Assembly: GCA_963815455.1 (NCBI GenBank)
Contig: CAWFGO010000003.1
Coordinates: 704,001-768,000 of the forward strand
Length of the DNA: 64,000 nt
Direction of reading: 5' to 3'
DNA from: an uncultured Verrucomicrobiae bacterium
GTDB lineage: Bacteria > Verrucomicrobiota > Verrucomicrobiia > Chthoniobacterales > UBA10450
Shown: positions 10,781-21,155 of the stretch, in pieces
How positions within the stretch are numbered: position 1 is the first letter of the stretch
Layout: every line of letters begins with the position of its first letter
The notes under the pieces: generated by a model
Told to the model about the DNA's origin: nothing
Database searches by the model: none
The model's input: only the letters and a program-made list of their open reading frames with translations
Translations under genes and position numbers: made by a program

Positions 10781-11259
10781 TGTTTTCGCCTCTTCGTCGG
10801 TTGGTGCCCGTTCCCGGAATGCGCCGCAGCGTTGGCGGCCTTTTGCTGGATCTCAGCCAGAACGCGCATGCAGGTTTGCAATTCGAGAACAGGAATGTCG
10901 GACAGCAACTCATGTCGAAGGTCCGCCGCCGTGGAATTGATCTGCGCAATCACGCGTTGGGCCCGGCGACCGAGATGCACCGTCTTGCATCGGCGGTCAT
11001 GAGAAGCGCTCCGGCGCTCGACCCAACCTTCGTCCTCGAGTCGATGCAGCAACGTCACCAGCGACGGCTCTTCAATTCCAAGCCGGGATGCGATCTCCGC
11101 CTGGGTGAGGACGTCAGGAGAGAGCGACAGGTGCAAGAGTGTTCGCCACTTTGCCTGGCTTAACCCCATCGGCTTGAGCCGTTCGTCCAGTTTTAGCCGC
11201 CAAGCCCGAGCCGTCCCATGCAACAACGGCCCAAACATTTCGTAGTCCGATTCCCCCAT
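10777..11259 (-). CDS. MarR-family (SlyA-like) transcriptional regulator
   Basis: LTQAEIASRLGIEEPSLVTLLHRLE..GWVER...DRRCK. Confidence 0.9.
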   Translation of the reverse strand: MGESDYEMFGPLLHGTARAWRLKLDERLKPMGLSQAKWRTLLHLSLSPDVLTQAEIASRLGIEEPSLVTLLHRLEDEGWVERRSASHDRRCKTVHLGRRAQRVIAQINSTAADLRHELLSDIPVLELQTCMRVLAEIQQKAANAAAHSGNGHQPTKRRKQ

Positions 11260-11264
11260 AACCA

Positions 11265-11306
11265 ATCGTTCGCATGCTAACTATTGCCGATCCGCCTCCC
11301 TGTCAA
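11265..11306 (-). promoter_or_regulatory. putative promoter and MarR operator
   Basis: TTGACA (11306-11301) and imperfect palindrome ATCGTTCGCATGCTAACTAT (11265-11284, 16/20 symmetric) just upstream of the ATG. Confidence 0.55.
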
Positions 11307-11352
11307 CCGCTCCCGGCGTCTCCGCGCCTATGTCGTAAGAGCAGCCCCGAAC

Positions 11353-12820
11353 TCACGGTGCGTCCACCGCGAACAGGAGCGATCTATGCCCCCGATAATC
11401 TTTGATCGATAAGACGCGACGGGGCGAATTTGGACCCCACTGGCGGGCCGTTTCCGCAGCAGTTTCGTTTTCCGGCTGCACTAGAAAATAGCGCGCCTCG
11501 GCGGGCACCTCTTCCACGCGGCTCACATAAACGATCTCGCGATGCACATAAAACAGGAACGGTTGATAATTAGGATCGACAGCGAAAAGCCGTTCCGAAT
11601 CGGGAACGACGGCCTCGATCTGGGCGCCGATCGTCCTCACTTTTTGTCGCGCCTGCAAACGCGGAACAATCACCACCCCATAAATACAAATGCACACGCA
11701 GGTAAGAGTCACCATCCCGATGATGAGTCGTTGACGACCGTGCAGCGAAAAAGATTTCCCGCCGAGCCATCGCGGCCACGCGGCCTTCTCATCGTTCAAG
11801 ATCAACGCCACCAACCAGGCAAAAGGAGCGATGAGTGGCATCGTGTAACGGGGCAACGATCCGGGAATAAGATCGACAATCACCAGTGGAATCGTGATGC
11901 CCCAGATCAGCGCACCCTGTAGCCGGGATCGGTGCTCCCGGCCCCCCGCGAGCGGAACAAGAACCAGCCACGGCGAGAAATAGCCAAGACTACGCGGGAT
12001 ATTCATTGCCCAACTCGCCACATTAAAGCCTTCCGGAGCGAGGCGTCCGGAAAATTGTCGCGACCAAACGAGGGCCGTGTGCCCGCCGCCAGTCATTTGG
12101 GCGAACGGAATCGCCCAGGCCGCGAAGATCGACATCATCACGATCAGCCCGATTGCATGCGGCACGTTCCAAATCGTTCGCAGTTCCCGATCCTTCCATA
12201 GAATTGCGAGCATGATCGCGTAAAAAAAGAAAAGGTGCAGCGGACCTTTGGCGAGCCAGCCGAGGCCGAGAAAAATCCAGGGAACAATCCAGGTGAGCCA
12301 CGCCGATCGTTTGGCTCTCCACCAGCTCAGCCAGCAAATGAACGCAATCGCGAAAAGCGACGCGTAAAGCGCTTCGATCTCGATCAAGCGTCCCTTCTCG
12401 ATGATCCCGAAATTCGTCAGCCAGATCAACGCGGCGATTGTCGATCCTCCGGTGCCGAGACTTGCGCGCGCGACCGTAACGAACACCAGCGCGACGGCGA
12501 GGACACATAATGCCGAAGGCAAACGAGCCGTCCATTCGTTGCGTTGGCCAAGAATCCGAAACGACGCAGCCACGAGCCAGTTGATCAGCGGAGGTTTGCG
12601 CAAGTACAGGATCGCTCCCGACTCTCGGAACTATGTAATCGCCGCTGTCGATCATTTGGATCGCGGGAAATATCCGCCGGCCTTCTTCGCCTTTAATCTC
12701 GAGCGATCCGAGGGCCGGCAAATAGATCGCCGCCCAAACCAGCAGAACAACCACCAGACTGCGCACTTGCGTCACGGTTTGATGTTCACTGTTACGCCTC
12801 ACTCCTTCAAACACAATCAA
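11353..12820 (-). CDS. ArnT/PMT-like GT-C membrane glycosyltransferase, frameshifted near 12610 (likely sequencing error)
   Basis: EEGRR...GDYIVP in one frame, continuing KPPLINWL...EWTARLPS...LAKGP in another. Confidence 0.75.
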
Positions 12821-12829
12821 ACCGGCACC

Positions 12830-12858
12830 TTGACGAGTGGCCGGTTAAAAATTAAGTT
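12830..12858 (+). promoter_or_regulatory. sigma70-like promoter of the nusA operon
   Basis: TTGACG-N17-TAAGTT. Confidence 0.5.
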
Positions 12859-12882
12859 GGGGCTCTAGTCCGCGCGCTGATC

Positions 12883-12912
12883 AGGGTGGGAATTAGTGTC
12901 CCACTCTTTTTA
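12883..12912 (+). promoter_or_regulatory. nusA leader hairpin with U-tract (attenuator-like)
   Basis: AGGGTGGGA..TCCCACTCT followed by TTTT, just upstream of nusA. Confidence 0.6.
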
Positions 12913-12933
12913 GTCTGCGGGCTGAATGCTTTT

Positions 12934-14229
12934 ATGAATGCGGAATTTATAGCGATGCTCGATTACCTGGAGCGGGAGCGCGGGATCAAACGCGAAATCC
13001 TGATCGAGGCGGTCTCGAATGCCTTGCTCTCGGCCTCGAAAAAGAGCGTGGGCGCATCGCGCGATTTACACATCGATATCAACCCGAAGACGGGCGAGAT
13101 TCGGGCTCTGGCAAATCTGGTCGTGGTCGATCAAGTGTCGAACCCTCAGGACGAGATCGACCTTACCAAAGCGCGCCGGGTCAAGGCGGACGCAAAAGTG
13201 GGCGACACGGTGGAAGTGGAGGTAACGCCGCGAAATTTTGGACGCATCGCCGCCCAGACCGCCAAGCAGGCAATGATGCAGCGCATTCGCCAGGTTGAGA
13301 AGGAGATGATTTACGAGGAATTCAAGGATCGCGCCGGTGAAATCGTTAGCGGCACAGTGCGACGCTTCGATCGCTCCGACGTCATTCTCGATCTTGGAAA
13401 ATTCGAAGCGGTGATGCCGCAGCGGGAACGCGTGGTAGTGGAAGATTACAACGTGGGCGACCGGCTCCGGGCTTATGTGGTCGCCGTTGAAAATGGCATA
13501 CGTGGCCCCGAGATCATCGTGTCGCGCAGCCATCCGAATTTTGTTCGCCGCCTTTTCGAACTGGAAGTAAGCGAGATTGCCGATGGCACAGTCGAAATAC
13601 GCGGGATTGCCCGCGAGGCCGGTTACCGAACCAAGATCGCGGTCTGCAGCGCGAACGAGAAAGTCGATCCGGTAGGCGCTTGCGTCGGTATGCGCGGTTC
13701 CCGGGTGAAAAACATCGTGCGCGAGCTGAATAACGAAAAGGTGGACATCATTCGCTGGAGCTCGGATCCGCGCGAATACGTTCTCGAAGCCCTCAAGCCG
13801 GCCAAGATCAAGAACCTCAATTTCGATATCGAGAAAAAGAGCGTCCAAATTTCGGTGGACGAAGATCAGCTTTCGCTCGCCATCGGAAAAAAAGGGCAGA
13901 ACGCGCGACTGACTTCACGGCTGACCGGTTGGGAAATTAACATCGACAAGGACACTTCGGCCACGACCGCGGTTGAACAGAAAGTCGCGCACGCGGCGCA
14001 AACGCTGGCCAGCGCATTGCCGATCACCGAAGGACAGGCGCTCACGCTGGTGAAATCGGGCTTCACCAACCTGGAGGGTTTGCGCGACGCTGACGTAAAA
14101 GATTTTGTAGATATCCTGGACGTGGACGAAACCAAGGCGCAGGAAATCCACGACGCCATTCACGGAGGAAAAGAAGCGCCGAAAAAGGAAGCACCGAAGG
14201 AAGAACCGCAAAAAGCTGGCTCTGCTTAA
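12934..14229 (+). CDS. nusA: transcription termination factor NusA
   Basis: FGRIAAQTAKQ, AREAGYRTKIAV, DPVGACVGMRGSRV, SLAIGKKGQNARL. Confidence 0.97.
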   Translation: MNAEFIAMLDYLERERGIKREILIEAVSNALLSASKKSVGASRDLHIDINPKTGEIRALANLVVVDQVSNPQDEIDLTKARRVKADAKVGDTVEVEVTPRNFGRIAAQTAKQAMMQRIRQVEKEMIYEEFKDRAGEIVSGTVRRFDRSDVILDLGKFEAVMPQRERVVVEDYNVGDRLRAYVVAVENGIRGPEIIVSRSHPNFVRRLFELEVSEIADGTVEIRGIAREAGYRTKIAVCSANEKVDPVGACVGMRGSRVKNIVRELNNEKVDIIRWSSDPREYVLEALKPAKIKNLNFDIEKKSVQISVDEDQLSLAIGKKGQNARLTSRLTGWEINIDKDTSATTAVEQKVAHAAQTLASALPITEGQALTLVKSGFTNLEGLRDADVKDFVDILDVDETKAQEIHDAIHGGKEAPKKEAPKEEPQKAGSA

Positions 14230-14260
14230 AACGCACGAGCCATGAGAAAGATTTTTGACA

Positions 14261-16514
14261 ATGCCAAGCAAGACGACCAGCAAGACCCGGAAACCGGCTG
14301 CGCACAAGCTCGCCACCGCGAGTCCGTCCCGTGGCGGACCGGCGAAGTCGGCCGTCACGCGCAAACCGGCCGCGTCAAAAGCAAAAGCAGCGCCTAAGAA
14401 AACCGAGCCGGAAAAGAAAACGGTTCGCGCTCACGTCGCCGTGCCCGCGAAAACGGAGCGGGAGGCCGCGCCGAAGCCTCATTCGAGACCTGCGCCGGCG
14501 AAAACCGCGCCATCTGTTTCGCTGATCGACAAAGCGCCCGGTCAAAAGGACGGCAAGGATGGACCGGTGAAAACAAAGACCACGGTGCTGCCGCCGATTT
14601 CGAAAATACTCCCGACACTCGGACCTGCGACTGCCGCGAAAATCGAACCACCCGCCGCGCCCAAGCCCGAACCGGTGGAGGCAAAACCGGCTGTGGTAGC
14701 GGGCGATGGCGCCGTCGCAACCGAAGAGGAAGCTCCGCAAAATGTCATTCACATCAAGCCGCCAATCATCGTTAAAGAATTGGCGGCGCAGCTTGGCATA
14801 AAACCGCACCAACTCATTGCCGAGCTAATGGGGTTCAACATTTTCGCGAATATCAATCAAACGATCGAACCCGATATCGCTTCGAAGATCGCGGAGACTC
14901 ACGGTTTCGTTCTGGAAAAGGAGCGGCGGGAAAAAGGAGGCGGCGTTCACAAAGTCGAGCAAGCCGTGGTCGCGCCGCCGCCGCCGGTCATTAAGAAAGC
15001 TGAGGAACTCAAGCCGCGGGGTCCAATCATCACGTTCATGGGACATGTCGATCACGGCAAGACGTCGCTGATGGATGCGATTCGCAAAACGCGGGTTGCG
15101 GCGGGTGAAGCCGGCGGAATCACCCAGCACATCGGCGCCTACAGCCTCGAATACAAGGGCCACAAAATTACGTTTATCGATACGCCCGGCCACGCCGCGT
15201 TCACCGCGATGCGCGCACGAGGCGCAGATGTCACCGACATTGTGGTTCTGGTTATCGCGGCCGATGACGGGATCATGCCGCAAACCATCGAAGCAATTAA
15301 TCACGCCAAAGCCGCGCCGCATGTGAAGATCATGGTTGCGCTTAACAAAATCGATTTGCCGGGCGCGAACATCGACAAGGTAAAAAAACAACTTCAGGAG
15401 AACGGGCTCTCGCCGGAAGATTGGGGCGGCGAAACAATCGTGGCTCCAGTGTCGGCCACGCGAGGCACCGGGATCGATCACCTGCTGGAAATGATGGCGT
15501 TGCAAGCCGAAGTGATGGAACTGAAGGCGTCGCCGACGGCCACGCCGCGCGGCACCGTCATCGAAGCGCAAGTCGAGGCCGGGCGCGGCCCCACCGCCAC
15601 TGTCATCGTGCAAATGGGCACGTTACAAATCGGCGACCCGTTTATTTGCGGCGACTACAGCGGGAAAGTGAAATCGCTTCTCGACGATGAGGGAAAGCCG
15701 GTGAAGGAAGCGGGACCTTCGACGGCGGTAAAAGTGCTCGGCTTCACCGGTCTGCCCAACGCGGGCGACGAACTTTTGGTGATGGAATCCGAGCGCGCGG
15801 CCAAAACATTGAGCGACGAGCGGACTCGAGGCGAAACGCGCTAACAAGTTAAGCGCGCCGCAGCGTGCCACACTGGAGAGCCTGCTCGAAGCCGCTGACG
15901 GCAAGAAAGTTTTGCGAATTGTTTTGAAGTGCGACGCCCAGGGCTCGCTCGAAGCGCTGGTCGGCGCGCTGCGGCAGATCGAAAGCAAGAAGATCGATCT
16001 CGAAATCATTCATTCCGCAGTCGGGCCCATTTCGGAGTCGGACATTTTGCTGGCCAGCGCGTCGAACGCAGTCGTCGTCGGTTTCAATGTCAAAGTCGAG
16101 GCGATGGCGGTTTCGGCCGCGAAACGGGAAGGCGTGCAGGTCAAGCTTTACAGCATTATTTACGAATTGATCGATCAGATCAAAGAAGCGATGGCCGGCA
16201 TGCTCGATCCCGAGCATCGCGAAACTGTCATTGGTCACGCCGAGGTAAAACAAGTTTTCGAGTTGAGCAAGGGAATCGTTGCCGGTTGCCTGGTCACCGA
16301 CGGCCGGATCGCCCGCACCGCGCGCGCCCGGGTTCTGCGGAAACGCCAGCCGGTTTACGACGGCGGCCTCTCGACTCTGCGCCGTTTCCAGGACGACGTG
16401 AAAGAAGTGCGCTCCGGCCTGGAATGCGGCATCAAGCTCGGCGATTTCAGCGAATATCAGGTTGGCGACATGATCGAGTGTTACCAACTCGAGCAGATCG
16501 CGCAGAAATTGTGA
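14261..16514 (+). CDS. infB: translation initiation factor IF-2, frameshift near 15830
   Basis: [32 protein letters not shown]-terminal part continues in ORF 15912-16514 ending [13 protein letters not shown]. Confidence 0.95.
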
Positions 16515-16515
16515 C

Positions 16516-16586
16516 CTGTAGCCACGGCGCTCTGGCGCCGTGAATCTGGACCGAGAGAGCGCCCCGACAGAGCGGGGCGGCTACAG
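16516..16586. repeat. GTAG-type REP-like palindromic element
   Basis: Outer IR CTGTAGCC...GGCTACAG enclosing hairpins CACGGCGC-TCTG-GCGCCGTG and CGCCCCG-ACAGAG-CGGGGCG. Confidence 0.7.
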
Positions 16587-16596
16587 ACAACTAGGA

Positions 16597-16946
16597 ATGA
16601 AACATCGACAATTGCGCGTAAACGAGTTGGTTAAAGCGTGAGCTGAGCAGCATCATCGCGCGTGAAATCAATTTCGAAGGCGCACTGGTCAGCATCAATG
16701 ATGTCGATGTGACGCCCGATCTGAAAAACGCCCACGTGTTCGTGAGCATTCTCGGGCCGAGCCAACGGTGCCAGCGTGATCGACAAACTGGAAGCGAATC
16801 GGCCCGCTCTCCAGGCCGAACTCTCGCGCCACGTGGTGATGAAATACACGCCGCACCTGGTCTTTCATCTCGACAATTCCATCGAGCGCGGCTCGCGCGT
16901 TCTTGAGATCTTGCAGAAAATCGAGAAACCCAGCGAAAACGAGTGA
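16597..16946 (+). CDS. rbfA: ribosome-binding factor A, frameshift near 16770
   Basis: Manual translation MKHRQLRVNELVKRELS...VTPDLKNAHVFVS, then MKYTPHLVFHLDNSIERGSRV; position after infB. Confidence 0.9.
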
Positions 16947-17931
16947 GCGCCAGCAACGTTTGAGCAAATCGGCAAGGCGTTGCGCGACCATCAGCGCTTC
17001 GCGATTTTGAGCCACGTCCGGCCCGATGGCGACGCGCTTGGCAGCCAGCTCGCGCTCGCCCTTTCGCTTGAAAGAGCTCGGCAAAGATGTTCGCGTTTGG
17101 AACGAAGATGGAATGCTCGAAAAATATTCCTTTCATGCCTACGCCGAGTTGATGACCAAACCGCCCGCACGCCGCGAGGATGTCGATGTTGCCATCGCGC
17201 TCGACACCGCGATTCAAAACCGACTCGGCAACCGCGTTCCAGGCGGTTCGCTCCGCCAAAATCTGGATCAACATCGATCATCATCCAAGCAATCCGGGCT
17301 ATGGCGATCTGGTTCATATCGATCCAACCGCGCCGGCGACCGGACAAATTGTTTTCGAACTGATCAAGGATCAAAAACTGCCGATCGATCCGCGACATCG
17401 CCGAGAATCTCTACGTCGCGATTTCGACCGATACCGGCTCGTTCCAATATCCAAACACGACCGCGCGCACATTCGAGATCGCGGCCGAGCTCGTTCGTTG
17501 CGGGGTCGATGTCGGCCGGGTCAGCCAGTTGCTTTACGAGAATTATCCGCGCCGCCGGATCGAGCTGCTTCGGGAATTGCTTCGCACCATGCGATTCGAT
17601 GCTCGACGGCCGGGTGCGCCAGTTTTAGTCTGAGCCTGAAACCGGCAGCCGAACTCGGCGTTCTGCCGGAAGACAACGAAGGACTTGATCGATCATCTTC
17701 GCGCCATTCGCGGGGTGGTCGTCGCGGTTTTTTTCGAGGAGCTGGCCGACGGCAAAGTGCGCGTCAGCATGCGTTCGAAAGATGAAGCGGTCGATGTCTG
17801 CGCAATTTGCCAGAAATTTGGCGGCGGCGGTCACACACTGGCGGCCGGCGCGCGCGTGCGCGGGCCGCTGGCCGAAGTGGAAGAGCGAGTCTTGGAGGCA
17901 ATTTGTGATGTCGTTAAATCGCAACACCTGA
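16943..17931 (+). CDS. nrnA: DHH/DHHA1 phosphoesterase (NrnA-like), several frameshifts
   Basis: HVRPDGDALGS, NIDHHPSN, VRVSMRSK, FGGGGHTLAAGA found across frames. Confidence 0.8.
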
Positions 17932-18636
17932 CGGCGTCTTGCTGGTGGACAAAGCCGAAGGGATGACATCGCACGACGTTGTGGCCCTGGTCCGTCGCCA
18001 ACTCGGGATCAAAAAAGTCGGCCATTGCGGAACGCTCGATCCGATCGCCACCGGTTTGCTTTTGCTGACCATCGGCCGCGGCACAAAAGTCCAGGATCTG
18101 CTCATGAGCGAGGACAAGGAATACGCGGGAACATTCGTCCTGGGAGTAACGCACCAGCACGCAGGATCGAGAAGGCGAAGTAACTCAACAAGCGTCCGGT
18201 TCCCGCGCTCAATGAAAACCAAATCCGCGCCGTCGTTTGAGAAATTTCGCGGCGATTTTTATCAAATGCCGCCAATGGTCTCGGCGAAAAAACATGGAGG
18301 CGTGCCTCTTTACAAACTGGCGCGCCAGGGAAAAGTGGTCGAGCGCGAGCCGCGTCTGGTTCACGTTTATCGTTACACAATCGATCGGATCGCTCTTCCC
18401 GAAATCGATTTCAGCGTCGTTTGCAGCAAAGGCTTTTACGTCCGCACCTACGTGCACGAGATCGGCGAGACTCTCGGTTGCGGCGCGCATTTGAAATCGT
18501 TGCGCCGGAGAAAGTCCGGCCGATTCGATGTCGCGAACGCGATCAGCGTCGACAAATCAGAAACGCGCCGCGCGAAGAAATTGTGCAAGCCGGCTTCTGA
18601 AGCCTGCCGGAAGTTTCGCGGATGCGAGGAGCGTGA
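17908..18636 (+). CDS. truB: tRNA pseudouridine(55) synthase, frameshifted
   Basis: KKVGHCGTLDPIATG, QMPPMVSAKK, CSKGFYVRT; GGAGG RBS at 17894. Confidence 0.92.
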
Positions 18637-18637
18637 G

Positions 18638-18697
18638 GAAAAATGACGAAGCTCGAATGACGAATGACGAAGGAATGACGAAATCGAAGGGCGTCAT
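18638..18697 (+). repeat. AATGACG 7-mer array upstream of the four-helix-bundle gene
   Basis: aaatgacgaagctcgaatgacgaatgacgaaggaatgacgaaatcgaag. Confidence 0.85.
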
Positions 18698-19114
18698 ACG
18701 ATGATGAGTTCATTTTGGCTTGATGACGGGATGCCGCTTGTTCGTGAGGAATCTGACGCGAAACCTGTTTACGACTTGGAGGAGCGGACGGCGCGATTTG
18801 GTGAGGCGTAATCGATTTTGCAAAGACGATTCCGCAAGGACCGACCACCGGACCGAATCATCAGTCAACTGGTCGGTGCTGGAACAAGCGTGGGAGCGAA
18901 CTACGTCGAAGCCGACGATTCGGTGTCAAAGAAGGAATTTCTAAAGTGCATCGGCACGTGCAAGAAAGAGGCACGTGAGACGAAGCATTTCCTGCGCATG
19001 GCGGTTCGAGCTGTGCCAGAATTGAAATCTGAAGCACGAAAACTCTGGCTGGAGGCCAGGGAGTTGCACCTGATCTTCGCGAAGATCTGGAGGAGCGGGC
19101 AACAAGGGAAATGA
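18675..19114 (+). CDS. four helix bundle protein (23S rRNA IVS-protein/Avd-like, TIGR02436-type); start uncertain, frameshifted
   Basis: YDLEERTARFGE, then QLVGAGTSVGANYVEA..SKKEF..KKEARETKHFL...EARELHLIF. Confidence 0.85.
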
Positions 19115-19254
19115 CGAATCTCGAATGACCAAGGAAGCCCAAATTCGAAGTCTGGTCTGGCCACGGTTAATCGGTTCCCTCTTGCTTCGGGCTTCGTCAT
19201 TATTTCGTCATTCGTCATTCGTCATTCGTCATTGGAAGGGCGTCATTCGTCATT
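19108..19254. repeat. direct copy followed by inverted CGTCATT array downstream of the four-helix-bundle gene
   Basis: aaatgacgaatctcgaatgacc (19109-19130), then cttcgggcttcgtcattatttcgtcattcgtcattcgtcattcgtcatt and cgtcattcgtcatt. Confidence 0.85.
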
Positions 19255-19260
19255 GTTTTG

Positions 19261-20251
19261 ATGGAAACGCTGCGATCCATCTCGGATCTATCGCACCTCT
19301 CCGGCCCTCTCTTCCTCGCCATCGGCGTTTTCGACGGCGTCCATCGCGGACATCAGGCGGTCATTTCCACTTCCGCGCGGCACGCCCAGGCAGAAAACGG
19401 AACGCCTGTTGTCGTGACCTTCGATCCTCACCCAATAAAAGTATTGCGTCCGCAGGACGCGCCGCATCTCCTTACCGCGACCCAGCACAAGATCGCTTTG
19501 ATCCGCGACCTCGGCGTGGGCCATCTCCTCATCATCACCTTCGATAAACAATTTGCCGCCACCGAGCCGGAAGATTTCGTGCAGCAACTCGTCGACGCAT
19601 TCAAATCCGCTTCGCGAAATTTGTGTCGGCCATGAATGGTCGTTTGGGAAAAATCGGCGCGGTAATCTCGATCTCCTCAAAAAACTCGGCGCGCGTTCCA
19701 ATTTCAACGTCGTAGGAATTCCGCCGGTCACGATCAATGGCGACATCGTAAGCAGCACGGCGATCCGGCAAGCGGTGGAAAGCGGCAATTTGGCGAAAGC
19801 AGCCGAGATGCTGGGCCGCGAATACACAATTCTCGGAACCGTCGTCCATGGCGATAATCTCGGACAAAAGATCGGGTTCCCCACGGCAAACCTGAGCGCA
19901 CACAGCGAGCAATTTCCGCCCAACGGGGTCTATTTTGCCGAAGCGACCCTGGATGGCGCGAAATATCCGGGCGTCATAAATCTCGGTTATCGGCCAACGA
20001 TCAGCAGCGATCAATCCGAGCGCGTTCTCGAGATTCACCTGCTGGATTTCAAGAGCGAAATTTACGGAAAAGACCTCGAAGTCCGCTTCCTCAAATATCT
20101 CCGACCGGAAAAGAAATTCGAAAACATCGACGCGCTCACCCGTCAGATCGATCTCGATGTTCAACAGGCACGTGAGCTCTACTCGTCGATCGCGGTCTCG
20201 TATCAGGAAAAGACTTCACCGAGTGTCGATAGTAGGCCCGGCCCCCCCTAG
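19261..20251 (+). CDS. ribF: bifunctional riboflavin kinase/FAD synthetase, frameshift near 19600
   Basis: AIGVFDGVHRGHQ, TFDPHP, VSSTAIR, IGFPTANL, YLRPEKKF. Confidence 0.93.
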
Positions 20252-20337
20252 GTTACTGTCCGTCAATTCAATGCAACCCTAGCCTGACCCCTTTTCCTTT
20301 TCCTTTCCAAGATCGTCGAGCATTTCCTGTCATCTGT

Positions 20338-20982
20338 TCAAAAGAGATGCAGCCCTTGTTTCGATCTCTTTCGATTGTTTGGCCGCATCGAGGGAGGAAG
20401 ACTGCAATATGTTATTAGAAGATTTCCGAGCTCTAGGAGAGCGGCGGTTTTTTTCCCAACTTGCTTGGGCAACTCGGCTCCCGATTCCCGGCCGGTCGGG
20501 TCGATAACATAGAACTGCGCGCGCATACCTTCGAACATTATCTCGTCGGAATTCGCTTCGGGCCGCGCATCGCCTATCATTGCTGACCAAGTCTTCTCGA
20601 TTGCACGCGCTGCCGCAGCAGGCAACGAAGCTTCACACTTTTGAACTTTGATATGAGTCGGCACCTTCTTGTCCCGGGCAAAGGGCCAGAGCATTTGGGG
20701 TGGCTCGGCAATGGTCACGCAAAACTGGTTCCGCTTTGAATCGCACCGATGCACTGAGATGACTCTTTCGACACCCCAATAACCAGGTATTTGCACCATT
20801 CGTGCAATTTCGCCTCGCGCTACAAACAATTTACGTCGCACCAGCTTGTCATAACTTGTATCAATGCCGAAGGCAGAGCTGAATGGGACGAGATGATCGT
20901 CTGGGGTCATGCCGGGGCAGCAACTTGCGGCCGCGAAAATTAGACTGCCCACGATGCTCGAAACTAAATATTTCCTCGCCAT
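20338..20982 (-). CDS. secreted/lipoprotein hypothetical, putative orphan immunity protein
   Basis: Signal or lipobox-like N-terminus; resembles the gene at 24711-25347; lies in the Rhs tail. Confidence 0.6.
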   Translation of the reverse strand: MARKYLVSSIVGSLIFAAASCCPGMTPDDHLVPFSSAFGIDTSYDKLVRRKLFVARGEIARMVQIPGYWGVERVISVHRCDSKRNQFCVTIAEPPQMLWPFARDKKVPTHIKVQKCEASLPAAAARAIEKTWSAMIGDARPEANSDEIMFEGMRAQFYVIDPTGRESGAELPKQVGKKTAALLELGNLLITYCSLPPSMRPNNRKRSKQGLHLF

Positions 20983-21155
20983 TTTGGCCTTCCTCCCATC
21001 ATGATGGGATTACTCTCTTAACACATCGCCCATCGCCCGAGTTTGGGTATATTTTCTTTTAAAGCCGATTTGGGCAACACGCCCTATAGATGCGGCCCCA
21101 GCTTCCCCCCAGGCCTGAACTCAGTCCCCCAGCCTGAACTCAGTAATTCCTTAGA

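Noticed and set aside
18675..19114. Avd-like gene as part of a diversity-generating retroelement
   Set aside because: No reverse transcriptase or adenine-specific TR/VR pair seen; the Rhs core copies differ at all base types
18543..19547. ORFs containing FRHSSFVIRH or MTNDE repeats
   Set aside because: They are translations of the 7-mer DNA arrays, not proteins
12600..19640. Frameshifts in the glycosyltransferase, infB, rbfA, DHH, truB, four-helix-bundle gene and ribF as pseudogenisation or programmed frameshifting
   Set aside because: They hit essential genes, cluster regionally, and both sides stay intact; most simply long-read indel errors
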